DNA of 64,000 nucleotides from an uncultured Verrucomicrobiae bacterium. Lineage in GTDB: Bacteria > Chlamydiota > Chlamydiia > Chlamydiales > Rhabdochlamydiaceae. The notes under the pieces were generated by a model, which did no database searches, was not told the DNA's origin, and saw only the letters and a list, made by a program, of their open reading frames with translations. Shown here in pieces: positions 1 to 10,141 of this stretch. Within the stretch, counting starts at the first letter, position 1. Each line of letters begins with the position of its first letter. The position numbers and the translations under genes were made by a program. Where the stretch lies: the NCBI GenBank assembly GCA_963818965.1, contig CAWFUG010000009.1:416001-480000 (forward strand). The letters run 5' to 3'.

Positions 1-288
1 CGCGATCTTCGCGTGGCTCTTTGCAAAATCGATCCGCTGCGACGCCCCATCGATCGTCGGGTTCTCCTCGAGAGCCAATCCGATGAGGTCATTGAGCTCC
101 GTAGAGCCATACTGGACCCACCAGTTTTCTTCTGGCCACGCATCGAGAGTGAAAAAAGAGCTATCGAGCGCTGCTGTGAGGCTCGAATCGAGCGAAGGGG
201 TGGGGAGAATGCTCTGCATCCTCTCTTGCTCAGAGAGTGAAAACGTGCATCCCGCTAGTAATAAAAAGAAAAAAGATGCCGTTCTCAT
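1..288 (-). CDS. Outer-membrane efflux lipoprotein (NodT/OprM/TolC family), 5' part; runs off the window start
   Basis: Not in the ORF track. Manual translation from ATG 288 gives MRTASFFFLLLAGC (lipobox) ... KNWWVQYGSTELNDLIGLALEENPTIDGASQRIDFAK, the typical WW..L..LI..AL..NP motif. Confidence 0.8.
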   Translation of the reverse strand, partial: MRTASFFFLLLAGCTFSLSEQERMQSILPTPSLDSSLTAALDSSFFTLDAWPEENWWVQYGSTELNDLIGLALEENPTIDGASQRIDFAKSHAKIA

Positions 289-368
289 GGGCCCCCTCAT
301 TTCTTTTTAAGAAAATGGCATTAATGAGTCAAGTGTAGAGGGGGTACTTCTTGTCTTAGGTCGGGCTT

Positions 369-767
369 TTATTTTTTCTTTTTAGATTCTCCCTCAGGTT
401 TTGGCTGATTAGACGGGCAGTTCGGATTAGAACATTTGAAGGCGCCACTGATTCTTTCCCATCCGCAGAGAGGACAAGGAGACGTTATACTTCTTCTGAA
501 AATTTTTTGAATGTAAACACCCTGTGCATCAGAATATAAGGCGGGAATTTCGACATATTCCTCATTAATATTAAGGAATAATCCGTATTCTGTTACAGCT
601 AGTTTGTTTGGATGAACGTATATTTTGTCATTGACGCACCCAACAACGCAATCGCAATCGTTTGCAAGAATTTTATTAATTAGGGTATCATGCATTTCAA
701 GCTCATGAGCGAATCCACTGACACTGCAGAACACCAGAAATAAGACGGAAAAAACACGTGCTAACAT
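369..767 (-). CDS. Exported hypothetical protein with C-terminal Cys4 zinc-ribbon-like motif
   Basis: Start taken at ATG 767 (AGGAG upstream; signal-like MLARVFSVLFLVFCSVSGFA). CPLCGW...CSNPNCP near the C-terminus. Confidence 0.6.
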   Translation of the reverse strand: MLARVFSVLFLVFCSVSGFAHELEMHDTLINKILANDCDCVVGCVNDKIYVHPNKLAVTEYGLFLNINEEYVEIPALYSDAQGVYIQKIFRRSITSPCPLCGWERISGAFKCSNPNCPSNQPKPEGESKKKK

Positions 768-804
768 ACTCAATATCTCCTGTAAGGACAAAAAAGTTAG
801 AGAC

Positions 805-1650
805 ATGTTAAAACAAATTCTTATTTTTTCAATTATTTTTTTTCTCTCCACTGCGCATGTAGACGCTGCCTCCTTCGAATTAAGTCAGCAAGAACGAAAA
901 TGGATGCAGAAATTTTTCCATGATTTGCTTTTTGTAGAAGGGGGCATTTATACTTTGTGGGGATCGAAACCGATTACTGAAATTGTGTTAGTTCATTACA
1001 CAGAGGAAGAAGTAGAAGCAATCCTAAAAGGAGCCCCCGAAGAAGAAACAAGAAACTGTTACGTGAATGACTGTTACGATTTGCCAGAGAACTGGGAAAA
1101 ATGGGAGGGGATCAAAAATCGGTTTCCCATAAAGAAGTACTTGCTCTTCCGCTCCCATTTTGGGGCCGATGAAAAGATCTCTTTCGTGTATTTTGTCGAT
1201 ATCTTAAAAACTGCCACAGTTATTCAATCCAACTATGCGCTTTTTCAAAAAGCCGTTGGGTTTGATTTTCACCCGTTCGAAGCTGTTCTGAGCATGCCGG
1301 ATAATACATCCGTTTTTTGGCAAAAAGTCAGAGAGTCAAAAGAAAGTCCTCTTTTGTGGGGGGTGCTATTTGGTTACGGGGAGATCAATGCCTCTGCCTT
1401 TCATTGGAAATATTTTGACTGCCCGCAATCTTGCAAAAAAAACATCGAGGCGTATTCTTTCCAATTTAGTAATCCTCCACCCAAAGGACAAACGCGCCTT
1501 TCGAGCGACAATTTCATCCTTCCTTCCTTCGCCTCTTTCACCAATGAGGATCAAGTGGTAAAACGCTATGAAAAAGAACGAAAAAAGATCAAGAAAACCT
1601 ACAAAGGAAAGGACCTCCTCCAGCTGACATTGCAAAAATTAACGAGTTAG
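805..1650 (+). CDS. Exported hypothetical protein
   Basis: 281-aa ORF with signal peptide MLKQILIFSIIFFLSTAHVDA; divergent from the 369..767 gene. Confidence 0.7.
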   Translation: MLKQILIFSIIFFLSTAHVDAASFELSQQERKWMQKFFHDLLFVEGGIYTLWGSKPITEIVLVHYTEEEVEAILKGAPEEETRNCYVNDCYDLPENWEKWEGIKNRFPIKKYLLFRSHFGADEKISFVYFVDILKTATVIQSNYALFQKAVGFDFHPFEAVLSMPDNTSVFWQKVRESKESPLLWGVLFGYGEINASAFHWKYFDCPQSCKKNIEAYSFQFSNPPPKGQTRLSSDNFILPSFASFTNEDQVVKRYEKERKKIKKTYKGKDLLQLTLQKLTS

Positions 1651-1942
1651 AGAGCTGTTGTAAACCGCCCTCAGAATTTTTGGGTTGTGCCGCTTTTGCT
1701 TTCTGCGCATTTTCCCCTCCAAACAGCGTCTCGAAAATATAAAACAACACAGATTTTGGTTTGAAATTACCTTGTGATGCGCCATTTTTCTCCTAGTGAA
1801 ATAGGAAAATGGGCTGTTTTAAACCAAAATGTAGGTTGGTTTTCGGCCTAAGTCGCATTGAAAAAAAGCGCGGGGGTTGTCAGAATGCTTCCCATCAAGC
1901 GATTTTCGTTTGAAACTAAAACTCAGAACAAGAGGTTTTTAA

Positions 1943-2284
1943 ATGGCAACTTCAGCGATTCGAACGGCGACTATTCATGTGGCCCATCCCACCATTCGAG
2001 TGACCTACCCATCCATTATGAAAATGGAAATGAGCTCAGAGCATCCTATGAAAGGGAGGAGTGTACAGGAGATAAAACGAGAGATCTTCCGAACGGTGTG
2101 GGCGCAGCTTGGAGAAATCTATCCGCTGATTACCCAGCACGGAACACCAGAAGATGTCGTCCTAAAGGCGGATGACACTGTCATCCTCACAGATGAAGAT
2201 TTGGAGGAAGGCGCTGAGGCGGGAAGGATTTTTACCGCAGTATTTGGTCGTGGTGGACAAGGACCGTCCGATGCAAAAAATTGA
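1943..2284 (+). CDS. Hypothetical protein
   Basis: 113-aa ORF with GAGG upstream; overlaps the start of the next gene as in an operon. Confidence 0.5.
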   Translation: MATSAIRTATIHVAHPTIRVTYPSIMKMEMSSEHPMKGRSVQEIKREIFRTVWAQLGEIYPLITQHGTPEDVVLKADDTVILTDEDLEEGAEAGRIFTAVFGRGGQGPSDAKN

Positions 2285-2615
2285 ATTAGGCGGTGTTATT
2301 GTCTATGGGGTGAATCTCAGCGCTTGTACCGGATGTAAGCATTACGCTTCTCCTCTCGACATCGTTGCAATTCAGTTCAAGTGTTGTGGCGCCTATTTTG
2401 CCTGCTACTCTTGCCATCTCGAGATCTGCTCCCATGCGATCGAGCGATGGACGCCCGCTGAGTTTAATCAGCGGGCGATTCTATGCGGCCGGTGTACCCA
2501 TCTGTTGACCATCACAGAGTACCTTGCCAGCGGCTTTCACTGCATCTACTGCCAAGCGCCTTTCAATCCCAAGTGTCAAGGACACTGGGATCTTTATTTT
2601 GAACTAGGAACTTAG
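2271..2615 (+). CDS. CHY zinc-finger protein
   Basis: CKHY...IQFKCC..YFACYSCH...ILCGRC...CIYCQAPFNPKCQGHWDLYF is the CHY-type pattern; start ATG 2271. Confidence 0.85.
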   Translation: MQKIELGGVIVYGVNLSACTGCKHYASPLDIVAIQFKCCGAYFACYSCHLEICSHAIERWTPAEFNQRAILCGRCTHLLTITEYLASGFHCIYCQAPFNPKCQGHWDLYFELGT

Positions 2616-2721
2616 AGTCGTCTACACTCTCGGCTATTTCACTTTTCGCTTGGATTTGATTCCCTTGATTCCTTTTAAAAAAAACAGTATCAACATATCA
2701 AGCGCACAGGAGGCTAGAGCT

Positions 2722-3489
2722 ATGTCATTAAAGGGAAAGGTCGCCATCGTAACGGGGGGTAACAGCGGAATCGGTAAAGCAATCGTATTGGCGCTTGCTA
2801 AACAAGGGGCTAACATCGTCATCGATTATCTCGTCGGACAAAAAGAGTTAGATGATCTAGAAAAGCAGATTGTAGCCCTCGGGGATCAAGCGATCGGTGT
2901 GCAGGCCGATGTCAGCAAAGTCGCAGAACTCCAGAAAATCATCGATGCGGCAGTCGCTCGCTTTGGAAAAATCGACATCATGGTGAACAACGCGGGGGTC
3001 GAGACGCGGACTTCGATTTTGGATACGACAGAGCAGCAATATGAAAAAGTGCTCAGCATCAACTTGAAGAGCGCCTTTTTTGGCACTCAGCTCGCTGCCA
3101 AGCAGATGATCAAGCAGGGGAATGGGGGGCGGATCATCAATGTCACCTCCGTTCACGAAGACTGGCCGATGCCGGGGAACATCGCTTATTGCCTTTCCAA
3201 AGGGGGGATGCGCATGCTGACCCGTACAGCAGGGGTCGAGCTCGGGCCCCATAACATCTGCGTCGTCGGCATTGGGCCGGGCGCTGTCGCTACGCCGATC
3301 AATCTGACGACGATGCAAAATCCTGCGCTGATGCAAAAACTAGATACGGCGATTCCGTTGGGGCGAATGGCAAAGCCAGAGGAGATCGCCGCAGTCGCTG
3401 CCTTTGTAGCAGGGGAGGGGGGATCTTACATCACGGCGACGACGATCTTTGCCGATGGCGGGATCATGCAACAAGGACCTGGTCTATGA
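2722..3489 (+). CDS. SDR oxidoreductase, glucose 1-dehydrogenase-like
   Basis: TGGNSGIG, NNAG, SVHE and YCLSK motifs; start ATG 2722 after AGGAGG. Confidence 0.9.
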   Translation: MSLKGKVAIVTGGNSGIGKAIVLALAKQGANIVIDYLVGQKELDDLEKQIVALGDQAIGVQADVSKVAELQKIIDAAVARFGKIDIMVNNAGVETRTSILDTTEQQYEKVLSINLKSAFFGTQLAAKQMIKQGNGGRIINVTSVHEDWPMPGNIAYCLSKGGMRMLTRTAGVELGPHNICVVGIGPGAVATPINLTTMQNPALMQKLDTAIPLGRMAKPEEIAAVAAFVAGEGGSYITATTIFADGGIMQQGPGL

Positions 3490-6176
3490 CAACACAAGAA
3501 GAAAAGCGACTTCAAGAGGCAAAAGAGGGTACTGCGCCCTGGCGCCTCTTCGGCCCTTATCTCAGCGAACGGCAATGGGGTACGGTGCGCGAAGACTACA
3601 GTGGAAATGGAGATGCGTGGAACTATCTCCCGCACGATCATGCCCGCTCGCGCGCCTACCGCTGGGGAGAAGAGGGGATCGCGGGGATTTCTGACAATCG
3701 ACAACAGCTCTGCTTTGCCCTGTCTCTTTGGAATGGAAAGGATCCCATCCTTAAAGAGCGCCTCTTCGGTTTGACAGGACATGAGGGAAACCATGGAGAA
3801 GATGTCAAGGAGTACTACTTCTATCTCGATAATCTCCCTTCCCACGCCTACATGAAGTACCTCTATAAGTACCCTCAGAGTGCCTATCCTTACGAAGCTC
3901 TTGTCGCAGAAAATCGCAGACGATCCCGCTCAGATCCTGAATACGAGCTGCTCGATACGGGGATCTTTAATGAGGATCGGTATTTCGATGTCTTTGTTCA
4001 CTACGCTAAGGCTTCTCCAGAGGACATGTTGATCGAGATTGAAGTGGTGAACCGAGGCCCAGAGCTCGCAGAGCTCCATCTCTTGCCGACGCTCTGGTTC
4101 CGTAATATGTGGAGCTGGGATGGAGAGGAAGCAAAACCCAAACTCACTCTCGAAGCCAATCAAGTGGTGCATGCGCATCACCCATCGCTCGGTGACTACT
4201 GGCTCTATTGCGAATCGCCCGAAAAGTTTTTCTTCACAGAGAATGAGACCAATTGCGAGAGGCTCTTCGGCACAAAAAATACATCCGCTTATGTCAAAGA
4301 TGGGATCGATACTTATGTCGTCCATGGCAAACCGGAAGCCATTAATCCCAAAAACGTCGGGACTAAAGTCGCAGCTTCCTACGTTCTTAAAATCGCTCCG
4401 GGAGAGACGGCGACGGTACGGCTGCGTCTCTGCAATACGGGGACGTTAAAAGACCCCTTCGGCAGGGAATTTACCGCTACGTTTCAAACCCGTCTTGCAG
4501 AAGCGGATGCCTTCTATCAGCGGATCTGCCCCTTTCCCCTCTCCGATGACATGCGCAATGTCCAGAGGCAGGCATTTGCGGGATTGCTCTGGAATAAACA
4601 GCTCTACCACTACAACGTCGAAACTTGGCTCAAGGGAGACCCAGGGGAGCCTGAGCCTCCGGAAACGCGAAAAGAGGGGCGCAACGCGAAGTGGTGGAAC
4701 CTCGATGCTTATGACATCTTCTCCATGCCAGATAAGTGGGAGTACCCTTGGTTTGCCTCCTGGGATTTAGGGTTCCATACGATTTCACTTGCCCTCTTAG
4801 ATCCTGAATTTGCAAAGAACCAATTGCTGCTTCTCGTGCGCGAGTGGTACATGCATCCCGATGGGCAGATTCCGGCTTATGAATGGTCGTTTGAAGATGT
4901 CAACCCTCCTGTCCACGCATGGGCAGCACTGCGCGTCTACCAAATCGAAGCCAATCGCTATGGGCGCAAAGATATCGATTTTCTCAAGAAAATCTTCCAC
5001 AAACTCTCTTTGAACTTCACCTGGTGGGTGAACCGAAAGGACAAGGATGGACGCAATATCTTCGACGGGGGATTTTTAGGACTCGATAACATCGGTGTCT
5101 TCGATCGCTCCAAAGAAGTGCCGATGGGAGGGGTTTTAGAACAGTGCGATGGGACGAGTTGGATGGGAATGTACTGCCTTAACCTCTTGCAGATCGCCCT
5201 TGAAATCGCACAGGAAGACTCTTCCTACGAAGACATGGCGGTCAAATTTTTCGAGCATTTCATCTACATCGCCGATGCGATCAATAACCTCGGTGGACAG
5301 ACGGATGGACTGTGGGATGAGGAGAGGGGCTTTTACTATGGAGTGCTGAACCTACCCGATGGAAGGCGGATCCAGCTGGACTGCGAGACGATCATCGGAG
5401 CGATTCCGCTCTTTGCTGTCGTCGTCAACGATCCTAGGAATTCAACCGGTTTTTCTGAATACAGGGAGCGATTTTTGTGGCTCGTCAAAAATCGCCCTGA
5501 GCTCGTGAAGCATATCGTTGCGACAGAAAAATGGACGGAAGAGGGGAAACTACTCATCGCCCTCGCGAGTCCTGAAAAGATGCGACGCATCTTGTCCAAG
5601 ATATTAGACGAACAGGTTTTCTTAAGTCCCTTTGGCCTCAGATCTGTCTCACGCCAGTTAAAAGACAACCCCTTCACTCTCCACTTAGGAGATGAGACCT
5701 ACAGCCTCAATTACGAACCGGCTGAAGCGACAGTGCCTCTCTATGGCGGGAATTCCAACTGGAGAGGGCCGATCTGGTTTCCGTTGAATTACCTCTTCAT
5801 CGAATCGCTGCAAAAATACCACTACTACCTCGGAGACAGCTTTCAAGTGGAGTGTCCGACAGGCTCTGGAAACCAAATGAGTTTATGGGACGTCACCTCT
5901 GAGCTCTCCTATCGACTGATGAAGATCTTCCTAAAGGATGAACAGGGAAGACGTCCTCTCTATGGCAATATCGAGAAATTTCAGACCGACCCTCACTGGC
6001 GCGACTACATCCTCTTTCACGAGTATTTTAACGGAGATACGGGAATGGGACTCGGCGCAAGCGCTCAGACAGGGTGGACGGGCCTCGTCGCTAAGCTCAT
6101 CCTCCAACACGGCGAATACGTCATGCAGCACAAATCTCCAATCCCTTACGAAAAAAAACGGGCAGGTAATGCGTGA
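3486..6176 (+). CDS. MGH1-like glycoside hydrolase (GH63 glucosidase family)
   Basis: GPYLSERQWGTVREDYS, MPDKWEYPWFASWDLGFH, NSNWRGPIWFP and GLGASAQTGWT motifs. Confidence 0.9.
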   Translation: MTTQEEKRLQEAKEGTAPWRLFGPYLSERQWGTVREDYSGNGDAWNYLPHDHARSRAYRWGEEGIAGISDNRQQLCFALSLWNGKDPILKERLFGLTGHEGNHGEDVKEYYFYLDNLPSHAYMKYLYKYPQSAYPYEALVAENRRRSRSDPEYELLDTGIFNEDRYFDVFVHYAKASPEDMLIEIEVVNRGPELAELHLLPTLWFRNMWSWDGEEAKPKLTLEANQVVHAHHPSLGDYWLYCESPEKFFFTENETNCERLFGTKNTSAYVKDGIDTYVVHGKPEAINPKNVGTKVAASYVLKIAPGETATVRLRLCNTGTLKDPFGREFTATFQTRLAEADAFYQRICPFPLSDDMRNVQRQAFAGLLWNKQLYHYNVETWLKGDPGEPEPPETRKEGRNAKWWNLDAYDIFSMPDKWEYPWFASWDLGFHTISLALLDPEFAKNQLLLLVREWYMHPDGQIPAYEWSFEDVNPPVHAWAALRVYQIEANRYGRKDIDFLKKIFHKLSLNFTWWVNRKDKDGRNIFDGGFLGLDNIGVFDRSKEVPMGGVLEQCDGTSWMGMYCLNLLQIALEIAQEDSSYEDMAVKFFEHFIYIADAINNLGGQTDGLWDEERGFYYGVLNLPDGRRIQLDCETIIGAIPLFAVVVNDPRNSTGFSEYRERFLWLVKNRPELVKHIVATEKWTEEGKLLIALASPEKMRRILSKILDEQVFLSPFGLRSVSRQLKDNPFTLHLGDETYSLNYEPAEATVPLYGGNSNWRGPIWFPLNYLFIESLQKYHYYLGDSFQVECPTGSGNQMSLWDVTSELSYRLMKIFLKDEQGRRPLYGNIEKFQTDPHWRDYILFHEYFNGDTGMGLGASAQTGWTGLVAKLILQHGEYVMQHKSPIPYEKKRAGNA

Positions 6177-7726
6177 ATACAGAATACGACTTCATCATCA
6201 TCGGTAGCGGAGCGGGAGGAGGCACCCTCGCGCAACACCTCGCCCCTTCTGGAAAGCGGATTCTTATCCTAGAGCGGGGCGATTGGTTGCCACGCGAGGT
6301 GCAGAATTGGGATGCGCGCGCCGTTTTTATGGAAAATCGATACGTCTCCAAGGAGACCTGGTACGACGATAAGGGCAAACCCTTCCAACCTCAAGTCCAC
6401 TACTACGTCGGTGGTGCTACGAAAATGTACGGCGCAGCGCTCTATCGCCTGCGCAAAGAGGACTTCCAAGCCTTAAAACACCACGACGGGATCTCTCCTG
6501 CCTGGCCGATTAGCTATGAGGAATTGGAACCTTACTACACAAAAGCAGAGCAGCTCTATCAGGTACACGGAGAGAGGGGAATCGATCCGACAGAACCTCC
6601 GTCCAGCGCTCCTTACCCTTACCCACACGTATCGCATGAGCCGCGTATCCAAAAACTCTACGACAATCTGAAAAAAGCGGGTTATCATCCCTTTCCCGCT
6701 CCCTGTGCCATCATGCTCAATGAACAAAATAGGGCATTTAGCCGCTGCATTCGCTGTAACACGTGCGACGGCTTTCCGTGTCTCGTTCAAGCCAAAGCCG
6801 ATGCAGAGATGGTAGGCATTCGGCCTGCACTCTCTTTTCCCAACGTCACCCTTCTCACTCATGCCTGCGCTGTCAAACTCAACACCGATCCTTCAGGGCG
6901 CGTAGTGACCGAAGTCGTGGCAGATGTCGACGGTAAAAGAGAGAATTTCCGCGGCAAAATCGTCATCGTCTCCTGTGGGGCAGCGAACTCTGCGCAGCTG
7001 CTCCTCCGCTCTGCAAGCGACAAACATCCCAAAGGACTTGCCAACGGCTCCGATCAAGTCGGCCGCAATTACATGTTCCACAATAGCCAAGCCGTGCTGG
7101 CTCTCTCACTCGAACCTAATCCCACTCAATTCCAAAAGACCCTTTCCCTCAATGATTTTTACCTCGGCTCAGATGACTTTCCCTTCCCCATGGGCAATAT
7201 CCAAATGGTGGGAAAGTCCCTTGGACCCATGTATAAGGGAGAAAAGCCGCTCGAGACCCTGCTGGCACCGATGATGGCCCTCGATGAGATTGCCAAGCAC
7301 GCCGTCGACTTTTGGCTCTCTACAGAAGATCTCCCCGATCCCAATAACCGAGTCACTCTCGATGCAGAAGGGAAACTCACCCTCCACTACACCCCCAATA
7401 ATCAGGTTCCTAAGCAAAAACTCTACGAAAAACTCAAATCGATGCTCGGCCACCTCGAGATGAATCCCTACCACTTGATCCCGCGGCACGCTTACCTCAA
7501 GAGTGAAATCCCCTTGGCGGGAGTCGCCCACCAGGCAGGCACCTGCCGCTTTGGAAAGGACTCCACCACTTCCGTCCTCGATACGCACTGCAAGGCCCAC
7601 GAGCTCGATAACCTCTATGTCGTCGACACGAGTTTCTTCCCGAGCATCGGAGCGGTCAATCCCTCGCTCACTGCCATGGCAAACGCTTTGCGCGTGGGAG
7701 ACCATTTGTTAGGCGTTATTGCCTAA
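6173..7726 (+). CDS. GMC-family FAD oxidoreductase
   Basis: YDFIIIGSGAGGG FAD motif, CxxCxxCDGFPC, HQAGTCRFG, NPSLTAMANALRV. Confidence 0.9.
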   Translation: MNTEYDFIIIGSGAGGGTLAQHLAPSGKRILILERGDWLPREVQNWDARAVFMENRYVSKETWYDDKGKPFQPQVHYYVGGATKMYGAALYRLRKEDFQALKHHDGISPAWPISYEELEPYYTKAEQLYQVHGERGIDPTEPPSSAPYPYPHVSHEPRIQKLYDNLKKAGYHPFPAPCAIMLNEQNRAFSRCIRCNTCDGFPCLVQAKADAEMVGIRPALSFPNVTLLTHACAVKLNTDPSGRVVTEVVADVDGKRENFRGKIVIVSCGAANSAQLLLRSASDKHPKGLANGSDQVGRNYMFHNSQAVLALSLEPNPTQFQKTLSLNDFYLGSDDFPFPMGNIQMVGKSLGPMYKGEKPLETLLAPMMALDEIAKHAVDFWLSTEDLPDPNNRVTLDAEGKLTLHYTPNNQVPKQKLYEKLKSMLGHLEMNPYHLIPRHAYLKSEIPLAGVAHQAGTCRFGKDSTTSVLDTHCKAHELDNLYVVDTSFFPSIGAVNPSLTAMANALRVGDHLLGVIA

Positions 7727-7856
7727 ATAGCTGAATCTCACCACAGAGAGGAAAAACCACAGAATCTCACCACAGAGAGGAAATTTTTTAATATCAATTT
7801 TCTCTCTGTGGTTTTCCCTCTCTGTGGTGAAATTCAGCTATTTATGCAACAAATCC
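7712..7856. repeat. Palindromic repeat family A (CCACAGAGAG/CTCTCTGTGG), copy 1
   Basis: Arms GGCGTTATTGCCTAAATAGCTGAATCTCACCACAGAGAG ... CTCTCTGTGGTGAAATTCAGCTATTTATGCAACAAATCC; overlaps the GMC stop codon. Confidence 0.9.
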
Positions 7857-7945
7857 ATGCCCAATTGTCAACTCCACTTGGGTATAGACAAGTTACCTCT
7901 AGTGTCTTATGCTCTTTTTCGTAAAACAAACGGCAAGGGATATAA

Positions 7946-8455
7946 ATGAGAAAGTTAATTTTGTTTTTGTTGGGGATTTGCTCTGTCTGGACGGCTCCTA
8001 TTTTGGCTGCAAGTGCTCCTCAAGCGCCTAAGGCACTAGAGCGCACATTTGCGATGATCAAGCCAGAGGCGGTTCAGAGCAACAAGAGTGGCCATATCAT
8101 CGCGCGGATCGAGACGGAAGGGCTCTCTGTTGTGGCGATAAAAATGGTTTCCCTTTCCAAAGCAGAAGCGGGTAAATTTTACGACGTCCATAAAGGGCGC
8201 CCCTTTTACCAAGAGCTCGTCGACTACATCTCCTCAGGTCCCGTCATCGTTATGGTCATCGAAGGAGAAAATGCCGTAGAGGGGTATCGCAAACTGATGG
8301 GATCTACCGATCCTAGAAAAGCGCCTCCGGGCACTTTGCGCGGCGACTTTGGAACCAACATCCAAAAAAATGCCGTCCATGGCTCGGATTCGGGAGAAAA
8401 CGCAGATAAAGAAGTCGCTTTTTTCTTTGCTGAAGAACAGATTTATAAGCGTTAA
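7946..8455 (+). CDS. ndk: Nucleoside diphosphate kinase with N-terminal signal-peptide-like extension
   Basis: ERTFAMIKPEAV, GTLRGDFG, NAVHGSDS (catalytic His); about 30 extra N-terminal residues MRKLILFLLGICSVWTAPILAA. Confidence 0.92.
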   Translation: MRKLILFLLGICSVWTAPILAASAPQAPKALERTFAMIKPEAVQSNKSGHIIARIETEGLSVVAIKMVSLSKAEAGKFYDVHKGRPFYQELVDYISSGPVIVMVIEGENAVEGYRKLMGSTDPRKAPPGTLRGDFGTNIQKNAVHGSDSGENADKEVAFFFAEEQIYKR

Positions 8456-8460
8456 AACTA

Positions 8461-8502
8461 TTCATTTTATATCCAAGTAATATTACTTGGATGTAAAATG
8501 AA
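8461..8502. repeat. Near-perfect 42-bp palindrome downstream of ndk (possible terminator)
   Basis: TTCATTTTATATCCAAGTAAT|ATTACTTGGATGTAAAATGAA, one T.G mismatch. Confidence 0.6.
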
Positions 8503-8524
8503 AAAAAAAGTGATGTGAAAAAGT

Positions 8525-9163
8525 ATGCAAGTACCATTTGGCGAACTCGTTCATTATTTCTTTTCGCTTTTCTTTATTTGCAGCCCCTTTTCTGCACTTT
8601 CTGCTTATTTAACCCTTACCCAAGACCTTCCTCTAGAAGAGAAAAAGCGGACGGGAATCTTGGCAGGGGTTGCAGTCGGAGTGATTCTCGTCTTAATGAC
8701 CTGGATCGGCGCCGGATTCCTCTCTGTCTTGGGGATCTCATTGCCCTCGTTTCAGCTAGCGGGAGGAGCGATCGTATTTCTACTCGCTCTATCGATGCTA
8801 AATGCGGAAACGAGCCCGATGAAACAATCGCGCGAGGACCGCAAAGATGCGATGCAAAAGCAATCGATTGCCATCGTTCCTCTCGCCATTCCCCTCATGG
8901 CAGGTCCCGGAGGGATAAGCGCTGTCATCTTCACCGTTAGCAGCCACCCCGGCATCGTCAACCAGATCTATTTCAGCATCTGTGCACTCCTCGTCGCCTT
9001 TATTGCAGGCCTCATCCTCTATACCGCTACCCACCTCGAGCGGATGATCGGCGTGACAGGCATTAACATCGTCAACCGCATCGGCGGTCTTATCCTAGCG
9101 GCCATCGCCGTCGAGACCATGGCCAAGGGGGCCACTGGTCTGTTCCCTGGGCTGTTGCATTAG
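8525..9163 (+). CDS. MarC family inner-membrane protein
   Basis: GISLPSFQLAGG, IVPLAIPLMAGPGGIS and RIGGLILAAIAVE motifs. Confidence 0.9.
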   Translation: MQVPFGELVHYFFSLFFICSPFSALSAYLTLTQDLPLEEKKRTGILAGVAVGVILVLMTWIGAGFLSVLGISLPSFQLAGGAIVFLLALSMLNAETSPMKQSREDRKDAMQKQSIAIVPLAIPLMAGPGGISAVIFTVSSHPGIVNQIYFSICALLVAFIAGLILYTATHLERMIGVTGINIVNRIGGLILAAIAVETMAKGATGLFPGLLH

Positions 9164-9176
9164 AAGCTCTAGAACC

Positions 9177-9211
9177 GATATACCCAACTTTTGAGTCTAC
9201 TTGGGTATATC
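9177..9211. repeat. Repeat family B (TATACCCAAGTGGACTCAAAAGT-type) copy
   Basis: GATATACCCAACTTTTGAGTCTACTTGGGTATATC; related copies at about 7872, 10915, 15630, 15810, 18904 and 60021. Confidence 0.8.
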
Positions 9212-9385
9212 TGCCTCTCGCTCAGTTTTTAGTTTCTCAGTCTTAAGCGTGTCCTATTTAGTGACTTGGGTTTTTTTGCAGGTCCAGCTGGGTGGCCATT
9301 TTTTTTGTGTTGCGCTTTTTTAATTATGTTTTTGATATAATTAAATTCAGTTTAGTTTATTTTTAATATCAAATATGGTTTATTT

Positions 9386-9862
9386 ATGTTTTTTATGAGT
9401 CCATTTTTATTCACTTATCAGATTTATCCAGTTCTTAATGCCTCTCGTAGTTCTTCAGTTCCTAATACCCCTAACCAGAACGAATTGAGCGAGGCTAAGT
9501 ATATCCAGCTCTATGCGAGGATCCCTAGCTCGACACTGACAAGTAGCTCTGAGATGACATGCAGCTCTGTTTGGAGCGAGCCCTTTGATGAAATCAGACC
9601 TTTTGAGAAGGATGCTATCAGTGCAGAGAATGAGGTTCATGGAAATTCAGAAGCCGCTTTTGAGGATAGTGGAGAAGGAGCTAGCAGCCTACCTGAAGGA
9701 AAAGAAAGGGGTTCCACGAAAGGGTACATTGCCAACGATTCAATGGAGAGTTCTGAGTGTCGTCGACTGACGATTTCAGAGGAAGTGGCTCTGATGAAGG
9801 AGACTCAATTGTTAAAGCATACGTTGTATATCTGGAATAAGACTTTAACTAACTCGAAATGA
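9386..9862 (+). CDS. Ser/Glu-rich hypothetical protein, candidate secreted effector (paralog 1)
   Basis: Low-complexity ORF after an AT-rich upstream region; shares a 41-aa block with 10142..10807. Confidence 0.6.
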   Translation: MFFMSPFLFTYQIYPVLNASRSSSVPNTPNQNELSEAKYIQLYARIPSSTLTSSSEMTCSSVWSEPFDEIRPFEKDAISAENEVHGNSEAAFEDSGEGASSLPEGKERGSTKGYIANDSMESSECRRLTISEEVALMKETQLLKHTLYIWNKTLTNSK

Positions 9863-9949
9863 GGGCAAAAGGGCTGTGTCAGGGTGGGCTAGGACCTAGA
9901 TTTTCCTCCGCCCACGACAAAAAATCGTCGTTCGAGGCAAATCGGGAAG

Positions 9950-9982
9950 AAAATGAACGGGATATTATCCTGTTCATTTTTT
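9950..9982 (+). terminator. Putative intrinsic terminator
   Basis: AAAATGAACGGGAT-ATT-ATCCTGTTCATTTT hairpin ending in a T-run. Confidence 0.45.
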
Positions 9983-10141
9983 GTGGTGTACAGAGTCAAT
10001 TTTCAAGCTCCAAGTCTCAATTGTCTTATAATTAGCGATTTGCGTCTTTTAAAGCGCGTTGTTTTATATTTCCATCCTTTTAATGTTTATTTTAGTTATA
10101 ATTAATATTATATAATTATCATTAATAATAAAAATTGAGGG

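Noticed and set aside
13..310. Plus-strand ORFs 13..240 and 83..310
   Set aside because: They shadow a minus-strand efflux lipoprotein with clear motifs.
1650..1900. Imperfect long palindrome (about 1752-1830) as an ncRNA or MITE
   Set aside because: Degenerate and has no second copy in the window; cannot be assigned.
7712..7856. CCACAGAGAG repeats as a CRISPR array
   Set aside because: Units are inverted, have no unique spacers, are dispersed across the window, and no cas genes are present.
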